A stretch of DNA of 64,000 nucleotides. It comes from Thermoproteota archaeon (GTDB lineage: Archaea; Thermoproteota; EX4484-205; JAAOZP01). The stretch spans positions 9,378-73,377 of the forward strand of contig JAWCNV010000007.1 of assembly GCA_038848185.1 (NCBI GenBank), in the 5' to 3' direction. The notes under the pieces were generated by a model. The model worked only from the letters and a program-made list of their open reading frames with translations. It had not been told where the DNA came from and searched no databases. Below, piece by piece: positions 46,949-56,836 of this stretch. The first letter of the stretch is position 1, and the number at the start of each line of letters is the position of its first letter. A program made the translations under genes and the position numbers.

Positions 46949-47917
46949 ATGAAGAAAATGATTGTCCAAGCTGCATTAGTAGGAGGCTTCCCTAGGCCTT
47001 TCAACATTGGTAGGCTCATGAGTAGATATAGAGATGGCAAGCTCGCTCCGGAAACCTATGAGAAAAGGATTAGGACAGAGCTTCTTAAAACGATTAGGAG
47101 AATCGCTGATTCGAATGTTTCCATGATTCCTTTCAACATGTTTCTCTGGGACGATATTTTCGAGCCTTTCGCAGGCACCTTTGGAGGGATTGAGAGAGGA
47201 GGACTCTACCGATTTCTAGACAACAATTTCTATTATAGGGTTCCCTTGGTGAAAGGAAAGATACATCACAAAGAAGCAACAGTAACTCATTTCAAGATGA
47301 TTAAGAACATCGTCAGAGAAAGCAAGCGGCGTTTGAAGGTTAATGCAGTTATCCCCGGCCCATACACCTTTGTGAAAATGTGTGAGAACAAGTACTATCC
47401 TTCTGAAGAAGCACTTATAACTGATATTGCTGAGGCTCTGGGCGAAGAGGTGCGGCTGCTTGAGAAGCTTGGTGCAGGGTTTATCGAAGTCCATGAGCCC
47501 CTACTGGCTTCTGGAAAGGTTAGTATAGAACTCTTCGAGAAAGGGTTTGAAACATTGACTTCCAAAGTATCTTCGAAAATCTGGCTTCAAACATACTTCG
47601 GTCCAGTCAGTCAGCTTGAGGAACTATCAGGGTTGAAAATTGATGTGCTTGGAGTCGACTTAGTTGAAGCACCTAATCAGTTTGAAGCAATCTTGGGTTT
47701 AAGGGGTAAAATGGGAGTCGGTCTTGGCGCTGTAGATTCTAGGAGCACTAGAGTTGAAACCGTTAGAAGCCTGAGGATGCTTGTTAAGAGGGCTAGTGAA
47801 AACTTTAGCAGGGTCTATCTAACACCTAATGCGATGATGGATTTCATACCGGTTTCAATAGCATATGCTAAGATCAGGAGGATGGGCACAGCTGCAGGAG
47901 GTTTTAGAAATGGTTGA
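46949..47917 (+). CDS. MetE-like (cobalamin-independent methionine synthase family) protein, non-catalytic N-domain-like paralog
   Basis: UroD/MetE (beta/alpha)8 fold (IEVHEPLLA). Lacks the His/Cys/Glu/Cys zinc ligands. Confidence 0.6.
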   Translation: MKKMIVQAALVGGFPRPFNIGRLMSRYRDGKLAPETYEKRIRTELLKTIRRIADSNVSMIPFNMFLWDDIFEPFAGTFGGIERGGLYRFLDNNFYYRVPLVKGKIHHKEATVTHFKMIKNIVRESKRRLKVNAVIPGPYTFVKMCENKYYPSEEALITDIAEALGEEVRLLEKLGAGFIEVHEPLLASGKVSIELFEKGFETLTSKVSSKIWLQTYFGPVSQLEELSGLKIDVLGVDLVEAPNQFEAILGLRGKMGVGLGAVDSRSTRVETVRSLRMLVKRASENFSRVYLTPNAMMDFIPVSIAYAKIRRMGTAAGGFRNG

Positions 47918-48917
47918 GGTTAAGCTACCAGTCTTACCAACAACAGTCATCGGAAGCTACCCGAGGCCAATATGGCTCAGGAGAACTATTAAGCTCTGGA
48001 AATCCGGTAGGCTTGAGGACGAGCATATGAAGGAGGCTTTCAACGATGCCGTTGTAAGCGTTTTAAGAGATCAGGAGGCGGCAGGTATAGATATTCCGAG
48101 CGACGGGGAGCAGAGAAGGGATGAGATGGTGGAGTACTTTGCTGAGAGGATAGGAGGTTTCAAGTTCTATGACCCTATAAGAATATGGGGTAACGCCTAC
48201 TACAGGAAGCCAGCGGTCCACGCTCCTCTCCAGTATAAGGGGAACATGGTTGTAGAGGAATTCAGGTTCCTAAGGTCTGCTTCAACGAAGCCAGTTGTGA
48301 AGATAACTATAACTGGGCCATACACTATAGCTGACTGGAGTTTCAATGAGTATTACTCCACTAAGGAGGAGCTTACATTCGAAATTGCGAAAATAGTCAA
48401 CAGGGAGCTAAAAGCCTTGGAGGAGGCTGGAGCAATATATGTTCAGATAGACGAGCCTGCGTTGTCGACACATTTAGAGGAGGTAGAGTGGGCTGTTGAA
48501 GCGGTTAACGAGGCTGTGAGTGAAATGCGGATTAAAATAAGCATGCATGTGTGCTATGGAGACTACTCTAGGATCATCCCGTACTTGGAAAATGTTAAGG
48601 TGAGCCAGTTTGCCTTTGAGTTCGCGAACAGAGGCTTTAAGGATATAGAGGTTGTTAAGAAGATGCCTGAGGATAAGGAGCTTGGCTTCGGAGTTATAGA
48701 TGTTCACAATAGGAGGATTGAAACAGTTGAGGAAGTTGCCTCAGGAATAAGGAGGATGCTTCAACTACTTCCCGCCCACAGGCTATATATTAATCCTGAT
48801 TGCGGGTTGAAACTCCTACCTAGAGCAATAGCTAAGGATAAGATGAGGGTCATGGTTGAGGCTGTTAAGAAGATCAGGGAAGAGATTAAGGACGATGGCC
48901 CAGTAATCAGAACCTAA
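47910..48917 (+). CDS. metE: Cobalamin-independent methionine synthase, archaeal short form (catalytic domain)
   Basis: ATG 47910 after SD GGAGGT, 8-nt overlap with the upstream gene. VIGSYPRP, IQIDEPAL, zinc ligands MHVCYG and DCGLK. Confidence 0.8.
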   Translation: MVEVKLPVLPTTVIGSYPRPIWLRRTIKLWKSGRLEDEHMKEAFNDAVVSVLRDQEAAGIDIPSDGEQRRDEMVEYFAERIGGFKFYDPIRIWGNAYYRKPAVHAPLQYKGNMVVEEFRFLRSASTKPVVKITITGPYTIADWSFNEYYSTKEELTFEIAKIVNRELKALEEAGAIYVQIDEPALSTHLEEVEWAVEAVNEAVSEMRIKISMHVCYGDYSRIIPYLENVKVSQFAFEFANRGFKDIEVVKKMPEDKELGFGVIDVHNRRIETVEEVASGIRRMLQLLPAHRLYINPDCGLKLLPRAIAKDKMRVMVEAVKKIREEIKDDGPVIRT

Positions 48918-50161
48918 GCTGTTTTAAAACAATAGTGAACCTCGTTAAACTTTTTCTTTAATTCTATTACTTCCTGCTTCACTGTCTTGCCTTCCACCAA
49001 GACTTTCTTAAACAGCTCAGCCACTATTTTCATCTCCTCCTCCTTCATCCCCCATCTCGTAAGCTCTTGGACACCCAGCCTTATGCCCGAGGGGTTTCTC
49101 GTAGCGTCTTGCGGCTTGTCTGTCGGCAGTGCCATCTTGTTACAAATAATGTTGGATGCTTCAAGAAGCTCTGAAACAGGTTTACCTCCTCCGAACCTGC
49201 TAACGTTAACCATCACCTGATGAGACTCTGTGAAACCAAGGTCGGGGCAGAGAACATCAAAACCTTTTTCATACAGGCTTTCAGCAAACTTCTTTGCGTT
49301 TATAACAACCTGCTTCGCATAATCCTTTCCAAAGACATTCATCTCAAGCGCTGTGATTGCAAGTGCTGGGAAACGGTGGATATGAGTGTTTGACGTTATT
49401 CCTGGAAATATCGCGGTCTCAACCTTCTGCCAGTCCTCCTCACTCAGGCTTCTGTTTCCTATTACAACTCCTCCTTGAGGCCCCTGAAACGTCTTATGTG
49501 TTGAGGAGGTTATGAGATCAGCTTCCTCTTTCAAAGGATCTTGAAAAACCCCTCCGTATATTAGGCCGAAAACATGTGAAGCATCATACACCGTTTTAAT
49601 CTTAGGGTCTATCCTATCCCGAATCTCTTTCACAGGCTGTGGAAAGAGAAGCATAGAGGCCCCAAACATGATTAGCCTTGGCTTAACTTTCTCTATCAGC
49701 TTCACAGTATTCTCAACATCTATGTTCAGCTTCTCCGTGTCAAAGAACATGTCTATGCTCTTTAATCCTCTCACACCAGCTATTCCCCACTGCGTAGACG
49801 AGACGTGTGCCCCATTTGGTATTCCAAGAGAGATTATCGCGTCACCAGGCTTCGCGAATGCGGAGTAGACAACCATGTTTGCAACAGCACCTGAAATAGG
49901 CCGCACGTCAGCAAAAGGTGTTTCAAACCGTTCCCTGAATAAGTGGTTGCAGAGCTCCTCCACCTCATACGCATATTTTGTTCCGCAATAATGCCTCTCC
50001 ACGCCACTATGCTCGTTGTACCGGCCATCGAAGTCAGAAACATAGTATTTCTCCGCCAGCGGGGACATAACGCTTTCGGAGGCTATAAGGTTTAAACATT
50101 CCTGTCTCCTCCACCTATTCTGATTTTCCACTATTCTTAAAACATCCTCTATCTTAGGCAT
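48914..50161 (-). CDS. glyA: Serine hydroxymethyltransferase
   Basis: PLP-lysine motif TSSTHKTFQGPQGG, N-terminal LNLIASES. 415 aa. Confidence 0.9.
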   Translation of the reverse strand: MPKIEDVLRIVENQNRWRRQECLNLIASESVMSPLAEKYYVSDFDGRYNEHSGVERHYCGTKYAYEVEELCNHLFRERFETPFADVRPISGAVANMVVYSAFAKPGDAIISLGIPNGAHVSSTQWGIAGVRGLKSIDMFFDTEKLNIDVENTVKLIEKVKPRLIMFGASMLLFPQPVKEIRDRIDPKIKTVYDASHVFGLIYGGVFQDPLKEEADLITSSTHKTFQGPQGGVVIGNRSLSEEDWQKVETAIFPGITSNTHIHRFPALAITALEMNVFGKDYAKQVVINAKKFAESLYEKGFDVLCPDLGFTESHQVMVNVSRFGGGKPVSELLEASNIICNKMALPTDKPQDATRNPSGIRLGVQELTRWGMKEEEMKIVAELFKKVLVEGKTVKQEVIELKKKFNEVHYCFKTA

Positions 50162-50966
50162 CTTCAGACTTCCTCCTCTTATCTTTCTCCTTAACCTTCA
50201 CTTCAGTTTTCTCTTTTTCAGCCGTTTGCTTCGATGCCTCCGTTAAAACTGTTAATGCAGAGACCCGTTGCATAACCATTATAGAGAGCTTTATTGCGAA
50301 ATAGAAGAAGGAGATGCCGGCTGCTATGATGAGCCGCTCCACAATGGTGAACGGGATTGCCTGAATCCAGAATTCTGCAGGTATGTTCATAAAGTAAAGA
50401 TAGGTTATAGAGCCGATTGCATGATCTGTGAATGCTGAACCAAGCGAGTAGGTGTATACTTGAGCCAAATGATTCTTGAGAAGCCTGTCAATCTTCGGTT
50501 TAAAAACTGCTATTAAAAGAGGTATTGTCCAGAAAAGCGAGCAGAACCAGACTTCCCTGCCTATGGGGTGAAGCAGGAAAAGCAGGATGCTTAAAGCGGG
50601 AACTATGATCAGCCTTCTGTCCCCCTTAAACATCTTTGTAAAGTAGATTCCAGCTAACATTATGGGCAGGAACGTGAGCCAACTCATTATGAACTTGGGT
50701 AGATTACTGATATCTCCCATCTTATAGTAGCCTGTGAAAAACCCTATTATACGTGCAAGCATTATGACGGAGGTCCCCCAGTAAACGTTGAGGAACCTTG
50801 AGATAACCGGGCCAAACATGACTCCGAAGGAAAAGCTGGATTCTGTTCCAAATATCGGCCAGAATTTAATCTTAGTTAGAACCATGAAGAGAGCTGCAAA
50901 CAACACTGAAAACATTATCTTTGGAAGCATGAGCAGAATTCTAGTTTTCATATCTACCTTTCCCAT
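50154..50966 (-). CDS. Integral membrane protein (about 7 TM) encoded between thyX and glyA; possible vitamin/folate-type transporter component
   Basis: 270 aa hydrophobic with a Lys/Glu-rich C-terminal tail. 8-nt overlap with glyA; starts 1 nt after the thyX stop. Confidence 0.4.
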   Translation of the reverse strand: MGKVDMKTRILLMLPKIMFSVLFAALFMVLTKIKFWPIFGTESSFSFGVMFGPVISRFLNVYWGTSVIMLARIIGFFTGYYKMGDISNLPKFIMSWLTFLPIMLAGIYFTKMFKGDRRLIIVPALSILLFLLHPIGREVWFCSLFWTIPLLIAVFKPKIDRLLKNHLAQVYTYSLGSAFTDHAIGSITYLYFMNIPAEFWIQAIPFTIVERLIIAAGISFFYFAIKLSIMVMQRVSALTVLTEASKQTAEKEKTEVKVKEKDKRRKSEDA

Positions 50967-51686
50967 CTAAATCATCTCCCTAAACATCTTCTGAATATTA
51001 GGTATTCCCATTCTCCTACATTCCTCAGGCATCAGATCACCCTCGGGACAGAAGCCTTTCATACATGATGGGCCCGCGTCTTTAAAAATAGTTGGAGCAA
51101 CCTTCTTCACCAGTTTCAACATTTCCATCCCTACCTCTCTCAGTTCCCATTGGGCTCTTGCGCAAAGCCTAAGGTTGAAGAAGTGCAGCAACTCCCTAGC
51201 GTTCATTGTTACAACTATGTTTGTCCTTGTAGCGTTAGGAAGTATGAATCTTGCATCCTCGTTCGACAACCCTTCTTTAACAAGCTCCTCATACCATTGG
51301 GCAATCGTCTTCATCCTTTCCTTAAACCGCTCCTCTTCACCGTTTCTAAGTGTCTTAGGAATAATAAACCAATCATCACTTGAAGTATTCACCTTCACAA
51401 ACCTTTGACTCTGCTGAGTATAGGATGCTACTCTATGCCTCACCAGCTGATGTGTACAGGCTCTGGAAACACCTTCTAGCGAGAATGTGAATGAAGCGTG
51501 TTCAATGGGTGAAAGATGGTTATGCCTCAATAGATCTGAAACCTCTTTCTTAATCTTCTCAGCATTCTCAGGCTTAGATAGTTTCGCAAGTATCTCCGTT
51601 GGCGTATCGCTTTTAAACGATGCCCTAGCAGCAACTGCAACTATAAGCTCCGGGTTTGGAGTGTGTGAGATTAGGGAAACCTTCAT
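50967..51686 (-). CDS. thyX: Flavin-dependent thymidylate synthase
   Basis: ThyX motif RHRVASYTQQSQR (RHRxxSxxxxSxR). 239 aa. Confidence 0.9.
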   Translation of the reverse strand: MKVSLISHTPNPELIVAVAARASFKSDTPTEILAKLSKPENAEKIKKEVSDLLRHNHLSPIEHASFTFSLEGVSRACTHQLVRHRVASYTQQSQRFVKVNTSSDDWFIIPKTLRNGEEERFKERMKTIAQWYEELVKEGLSNEDARFILPNATRTNIVVTMNARELLHFFNLRLCARAQWELREVGMEMLKLVKKVAPTIFKDAGPSCMKGFCPEGDLMPEECRRMGIPNIQKMFREMI

Positions 51687-52160
51687 TACCCAGCTTTTTA
51701 AAAATCAGCATTATAAACGTTTCCGCGTAAAGAAGGTTAAAAATTAAAAACAGTATTTTTGCTTCGAATCAGCTAACGACAAACCAGTACTAGCACTAAT
51801 GATGTTTTACGCTACAAGCATATGCGATACTTTTTTCTCATGCCGCTTAATGGAAGCAAATCAGAATTCTGAAAAACCCCGTGAAACACTCCTTTCATAC
51901 TCCTAAAACGCATCGATCATTGATTGAGAGAAGGCTTAACGCTATTTAAGATGGTGCTAAAAATGAGTTTTAGAATCGAAAAAACGCGTTTTCAGGTGGA
52001 AGGCGGGTTTCCTTAAAAACAGTCTTTATCCATTTGAAAAACATAGGTTTAAGCCATGTTTTAATGGGGGTTAAGAAAATTTATGAAGGTAGTATGTAAC
52101 AGTTATAACTGACAAAGAGATATTGGATTATCGGCTAAAATCATAATTGTGTAGCTTAAT

Positions 52161-52775
52161 ATGGAAAGCGAAAAAGATAAGGAGGCTGAAGAAGACAGGA
52201 CTGATTTTGACAAGATCATAGCACGCTACAGGATGGCGGCATCAAGACAGGATGCTGCAAAAACAGAGGAAAAGCGGCCGGTAATAATTGAGAAAACATC
52301 GATAACACCGATGGTGGAGAAGCCAGTTGTAAAGAAAGAGACTATACCTGTGGCTCAAAAACCCGCGTCGCGAGAAATCGTGACGAGCGAGGATGCTGAA
52401 AAATACTTTGAATGGGTTAAGGTTGTGGAGAGTGCAATACAGAATTGCCTTTCCCAGTCTAAGGGAGCCATAAACTCCATATATGTTCTACTGCCTGACG
52501 AGATAACTTGCCTAAGCTTCGGTTCACGCATCGACCTGGATGAAGATATTTTGGCAGCTTTCATAGGAGAACAGTTTGGATTATTTGAAAGCTACAGCGG
52601 TATTCTTCAAATAGGAGAGATAGAAGAGATAGAGTATACTGGAAAACAGAGTGTTGTCCTGATGAAATCTGGGAGTGGGTTGAGGCTTATGGCCCTGTTA
52701 AACGATAAGAGCTACACTAGGCTAGCCAAGATATACTTGGAGAGAATGCTGAAAAGCATTCCGAGATTCGAGTAG
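52161..52775 (+). CDS. Hypothetical protein with C-terminal Roadblock/LC7-like domain and charged low-complexity N-terminus
   Basis: The C-terminal 110 aa follow the Roadblock pattern (KGAINSIYVLLPDEI...ILQIGEIEEIEYTGKQSVVLMKSGSGLRLMALL). N-terminal 80 aa are K/E-rich. Confidence 0.4.
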   Translation: MESEKDKEAEEDRTDFDKIIARYRMAASRQDAAKTEEKRPVIIEKTSITPMVEKPVVKKETIPVAQKPASREIVTSEDAEKYFEWVKVVESAIQNCLSQSKGAINSIYVLLPDEITCLSFGSRIDLDEDILAAFIGEQFGLFESYSGILQIGEIEEIEYTGKQSVVLMKSGSGLRLMALLNDKSYTRLAKIYLERMLKSIPRFE

Positions 52776-52792
52776 AATAAGTTTCACTTTTC

Positions 52793-54013
52793 TCACGCTA
52801 TTTCTTTAAAGGCCTTACCCATTATTTTAAGTCCTTCCCTTATGTTTTCAACCGAGTTAGCATAGCTTATTCTTACGTAGCCCTCTCCAAAGGAGCCCAT
52901 GGCGGTTCCATGTAGGACTGCAACGCCGTATTTCTCCAGTAGAATTGACGCCAGTTTCAAACTGTCGATTCCGGCTCTATTTGTTATCTTCTTGACATTG
53001 ATGAACCCGTAGAAGGCGCCTCTCGGCCTAACCATGTGAACATCATCGATCTTGGAAACCTCTTCAATAACGACCTCTCTTCTCATCGCATATTGCTCCA
53101 CCATCTTCCTTACAGCATCCATGCCGTTTCTCAAAGCCTCTATGCCTCCCACCTGGATGAAGGAGGAGGGGCATGCAGTTATCAGGTTTAAAACCAGTTG
53201 CAACGACTCAGTTAAATGCGTGGGGGTAATTACGTATCCAAGCCTCCACCCGGTCATAGCATAATATTTCGAGAAGCCGTCTATAAGAATAGTGTTCTCC
53301 AGATTCTCGTCAAACTGTACCGGTGAATAGTGTTTTAAGCCGTCATATATTATGTACCGATAGACCTCGTCGCTGATAACGTATGCTCCAGCATCCTTAG
53401 CTATCTCAACAATACCCTTGACATCCTCCTTGGTTAATACTGAGCCCGTCGGGTTCTCTGGAGAGTTTAAGACGATCGCCCTAGTCCTGTTTGAAACCAG
53501 CTGGTTAACGTCATCCGGAACCATTCTAAACTCGTTCTCCTCCTTAAGCCGGACTGGAACAGGTTTTCCCTTGAAGAACCTTACACCTTCCCCGTAAGCC
53601 GTGTACCCGGGGTTAGGGTAGATCACTTCATCACCCTCCTCCACTATGGAGGCCAGTGTTGCGAAAACCGCCTCCTTAGAACCCGTTGTCACTGAAACAT
53701 TCTTGAAATCTATTTCAACATCGAAGTCCTGAGCCGTTTTCTCCGATATTGTTTTCCTCAGCTCCAATGTTCCCGGAGTCGGAGTGTAATGTGTCTCTCC
53801 CTCTTTCAAAGCCCTTATCGCAGCCTCCCTTACGTTGCTAGGTGTGACGAAGTCCGGCTCCCCTATCTCCAAGTGTATTATCTTCTTCCCCTGGGCTTCA
53901 AGCATCTTCGCCTTACCTAGAACCATGAAGGAGCTTTCTCCCTCTAGCTCCAGCGACCTCTTAGCCACCTTCAGCCTCGAATCCAATTTATCCCTCTCCC
54001 CTTCTAAGGGCAC
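52793..54013 (-). CDS. PLP-dependent aminotransferase class I (aspartate/aromatic aminotransferase)
   Basis: FSKYYAMTGWRLGY (PLP Lys region), NPGYTAY, NSPENPTG motifs. Confidence 0.85.
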   Translation of the reverse strand: MPLEGERDKLDSRLKVAKRSLELEGESSFMVLGKAKMLEAQGKKIIHLEIGEPDFVTPSNVREAAIRALKEGETHYTPTPGTLELRKTISEKTAQDFDVEIDFKNVSVTTGSKEAVFATLASIVEEGDEVIYPNPGYTAYGEGVRFFKGKPVPVRLKEENEFRMVPDDVNQLVSNRTRAIVLNSPENPTGSVLTKEDVKGIVEIAKDAGAYVISDEVYRYIIYDGLKHYSPVQFDENLENTILIDGFSKYYAMTGWRLGYVITPTHLTESLQLVLNLITACPSSFIQVGGIEALRNGMDAVRKMVEQYAMRREVVIEEVSKIDDVHMVRPRGAFYGFINVKKITNRAGIDSLKLASILLEKYGVAVLHGTAMGSFGEGYVRISYANSVENIREGLKIMGKAFKEIA

Positions 54014-54531
54014 TATTTCAACTTTTTCAGGCTTTTCATAACTTTCGGTATGATAAGTATGCAGGCATAGAGGAAAACGCCTACGCCTCCTGTAATTATG
54101 CAGAAAAGGTATATTCCACCCGTTACCGAAGGGTTGTAAAACGGGTTTACCGTCAAAGGATATAATGGGCGAATATCATCGTATAAGGGAGCATCCAGCA
54201 AAATATGGAGCAGTGCTCCTGAGGAACCTGCGAGCACGAACTGCCTTAAACTCGGTTTCACATCAGACTCTAGAAGAAGAGTCTTGTAGAAATGAGATAG
54301 AAACCTTTCAAGCATGAACATTGCTAAGCCAAGAAAACTCCCTATGAAAAAACCCATTATAAATGTGTGAAAATAACCATGTAACGGATATTTTAAACCG
54401 AATATGATAACGAGGAGTGGTTCAATATCAAGAATCACATTAGCTACGATGAAGGTAGGCATGTGCATATGCTTTCTTAAAAGCATCCCGAAGAATATTG
54501 CCGGCCCTAGGTGGAACGGTGTGAAAGGCAT
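54013..54531 (-). CDS. YdjM/DUF457-like membrane-bound metal-dependent hydrolase
   Basis: MPFTPFHLG N-terminus and His-rich motifs (HMHM, HGYFHTF) in a 5-TM scaffold. Confidence 0.55.
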   Translation of the reverse strand: MPFTPFHLGPAIFFGMLLRKHMHMPTFIVANVILDIEPLLVIIFGLKYPLHGYFHTFIMGFFIGSFLGLAMFMLERFLSHFYKTLLLESDVKPSLRQFVLAGSSGALLHILLDAPLYDDIRPLYPLTVNPFYNPSVTGGIYLFCIITGGVGVFLYACILIIPKVMKSLKKLK

Positions 54532-54611
54532 CTCTTCATATTGTTTTTCAATAGATATTTAGGGTTTTTCTTGTGAAAAGTATTTATTCCACTAAGCCCG
54601 ATTCTATCTGT

Positions 54612-54923
54612 GTGACGAGAATTATAGTGGAGCTCAGCATAATTCCGCTTGGTGAGGGAACAAGCGTTTCAAATATTCTCGCCTACGCGGTGAAGGAGCT
54701 TGAGAACATGGGTGTAAAGTACGAAGTAACACCTATGTGTACAGTTTTCGAGGCGGATAGTGTTGAGGAAGCATTAAAGATCGTGAAGGCTGCACATGAA
54801 GCAGTTTTCAAACAGGGTGTGAAACGCACAGTAACAACCGTCAGGCTAGACGATAGGCGGGATGTGGAGAGGAGCATGAGAAGCAAGGTGGACTCTTTGA
54901 AGAAGGCTGTTGAAAAACTTTAA
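54612..54923 (+). CDS. MTH1187/YkoF family (UPF0045) small ligand-binding protein
   Basis: GTG 54612 gives a 103-aa product beginning VTRIIVELSIIPLGEG, the canonical family start. The ORF-track ATG 54573 adds 13 aa. Confidence 0.65.
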   Translation: MTRIIVELSIIPLGEGTSVSNILAYAVKELENMGVKYEVTPMCTVFEADSVEEALKIVKAAHEAVFKQGVKRTVTTVRLDDRRDVERSMRSKVDSLKKAVEKL

Positions 54924-54974
54924 TTCTTCTCAGGGAAACGTTTTTATTTCAAAATCAGGCTGAATTAACGTGCT

Positions 54975-55946
54975 ATGAGTGGCTTGCCGTTAAAACTAGC
55001 TTTACCTACTACAGGCAATCAATACGACGTTATAATAATTGGGTCCGGCCCAGCTGGTTTAACCGCCGCAATATATACTGGAAGGGCCAGGTTGAAAACC
55101 CTCGTTATCGCAGGCTCAGCCTGGGGAGGGCAGTTAATGTTAACCTCTGAGGTTGAGAATTATCCTGGTTTCCCAGAAGGGGTTCTCGGCCCAGACCTTA
55201 TGAACAATATGTTGAAGCAGGCTCAGCGTTTTAATGCTGAAATACTGTTTGAGGATGCTGAAAGCGTAGACTTCTCCAAGAAACCTTTCAAAGTGGTGGC
55301 TGGAGGAGAAACCTATGAGGGTAAAACAGTGATAATAGCAACCGGAGCCTCTCCAAGAGAGCTTGGCTTAGAGAGTGAAAGAAGGTTAAAAGGTAAAGGT
55401 GTTTCTAACTGCGCGGTTTGCGACGCAGCCTTCTTCAAAGATAAGACGGTGATGGTTGTGGGAGGCGGCGATACGGCGATGGAGGAAGCCTTGTTCCTAA
55501 CAAAATACGCGAAAAACGTTAAGGTTATTCACAGGAGAAGTGGGTTGAGAGCGATCAAAATACTGCAGGAAAGAGCTTTCAAAAACCCTAAGATAGAGTT
55601 CATCTGGAACAGCGTGGTTGATGAGATACTTGGTAAGGATCATGTTGAAGGAGTCAGGATAAGGCGGGTTGAGTCCGGAGAGGTGTCTGAGATACCTTGC
55701 GACGGAGTGTTTATATCAATAGGCTACGATCCGACGACTAAAATCTTCAAGGGACAGGTTGAAATGGATGAGAAGGGGTATATAGTAGTTAAGGGTAACA
55801 GTAGGACTAGTGTTGACGGTGTTTTCGTAGCTGGCGAGGCTAAGGATTACCGTTACCGTCAAGCTATTACTGCAGCTGGCGAAGGATGCCAAGCAGCGCT
55901 TGACGCAATAAAATACTTGGAGGAGATTGAGCATAGCCTCACATAG
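54975..55946 (+). CDS. trxB: Thioredoxin-disulfide reductase
   Basis: FAD motif VIIIGSGPAGLTAA, redox-active CAVCDA, NADPH motif VVGGGDTAMEEA. Confidence 0.9.
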   Translation: MSGLPLKLALPTTGNQYDVIIIGSGPAGLTAAIYTGRARLKTLVIAGSAWGGQLMLTSEVENYPGFPEGVLGPDLMNNMLKQAQRFNAEILFEDAESVDFSKKPFKVVAGGETYEGKTVIIATGASPRELGLESERRLKGKGVSNCAVCDAAFFKDKTVMVVGGGDTAMEEALFLTKYAKNVKVIHRRSGLRAIKILQERAFKNPKIEFIWNSVVDEILGKDHVEGVRIRRVESGEVSEIPCDGVFISIGYDPTTKIFKGQVEMDEKGYIVVKGNSRTSVDGVFVAGEAKDYRYRQAITAAGEGCQAALDAIKYLEEIEHSLT

Positions 55947-55961
55947 GATGAGCTCATCACT

Positions 55962-56789
55962 ATGAAACTCGATAATGTTCTGTCTAGAATTGGTTTCCAC
56001 TCGGTTTACGAGAAAAGCATCAGGGAAGCTGTGGACCTTGCTTACAAGCATGGCTTCTCTTCAGTACAGGTAGAAACCGCTATGCCAATATTTTTCCCTG
56101 AGAAGTACACCTTTAGAGCTAGGAGAGAAATCGCTACGTATGCTGCTGACAGAAACATAGTGCTTAAGATTCACGCACCTGGAGAAGACTTCAGTCTGCA
56201 AACTCTACATTCCCCTATTCACCGGGCAATTGTTGAAAGACTTAAGGAAATTATTGACTTTGCCTCGGATTTGGAGGCGAAGATAGTTACAATACATCCC
56301 GGTGTTGTTCCCGTTTTCACTCTACCTGGAAAAGGGGATGTTCCTATAGATGTGCAGTATCCTCAACTCCATGTTCAAGCTCTTAAAACAGCCTTACTCG
56401 AGCTCTCCGATTATTCTAAGGGTAGAATATTGTTCTGTGTAGAAAACAGCCCGTTCACCCCTACGGTTATGAATGTTCTCTCAAGCATGCTTAAAGACAA
56501 TAAGGTTTCTCTCACCATGGATTTAGCCAAGCTCTACAAGTCTGATGGTACTACTCATCGCAATGTTGAAAACTTTTTCCTTAAAAACCTAGATAAAGTG
56601 AGGGAATGTCATTTACACGATAAGACTAGAAAAGGGGGACACCAAATAATTGGCAGAGGATTCGTAGATTTCAAACGTTACTTGAAAACTCTCTCAAACT
56701 ATGACTTAGAGTACACCATAGAGGTTAGGCCTTTTGAAAACGCCTTGGTTTCGCTTAAAGCATTGAGAAAAATATTGAAGCCCACTTAA
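55962..56789 (+). CDS. Sugar phosphate isomerase/epimerase (xylose isomerase-like TIM barrel)
   Basis: 275 aa. IHAPG, TIHPG and CVENS motifs of the AP-endo-2/XI-like TIM barrel. Confidence 0.7.
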   Translation: MKLDNVLSRIGFHSVYEKSIREAVDLAYKHGFSSVQVETAMPIFFPEKYTFRARREIATYAADRNIVLKIHAPGEDFSLQTLHSPIHRAIVERLKEIIDFASDLEAKIVTIHPGVVPVFTLPGKGDVPIDVQYPQLHVQALKTALLELSDYSKGRILFCVENSPFTPTVMNVLSSMLKDNKVSLTMDLAKLYKSDGTTHRNVENFFLKNLDKVRECHLHDKTRKGGHQIIGRGFVDFKRYLKTLSNYDLEYTIEVRPFENALVSLKALRKILKPT

Positions 56790-56836
56790 GAGGGACAGGG
56801 GAAAAGTTTAAACTCGAAAGCTCACCATTCTTTAAC

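Noticed and set aside
46949-47917. Calling both MetE-like genes as one frameshifted full-length bacterial-type metE
   Set aside because: The second gene has its own SD and ATG, with an 8-nt overlap typical of coupling. The first lacks zinc ligands, as in the known archaeal two-gene arrangement of a non-catalytic MetE-N-like paralog plus the short catalytic MetE.
51687-52160. ZTP/THF-type riboswitch or ncRNA in the 470-bp thyX upstream region
   Set aside because: The region is AT-rich with a TATA-like box (TTTATAAT on the minus strand) about 35 nt from the thyX start. No conserved riboswitch blocks or GC-rich helices were seen. Only the ATTCTGAAA core shared with the 40.3-40.6 kb repeats.
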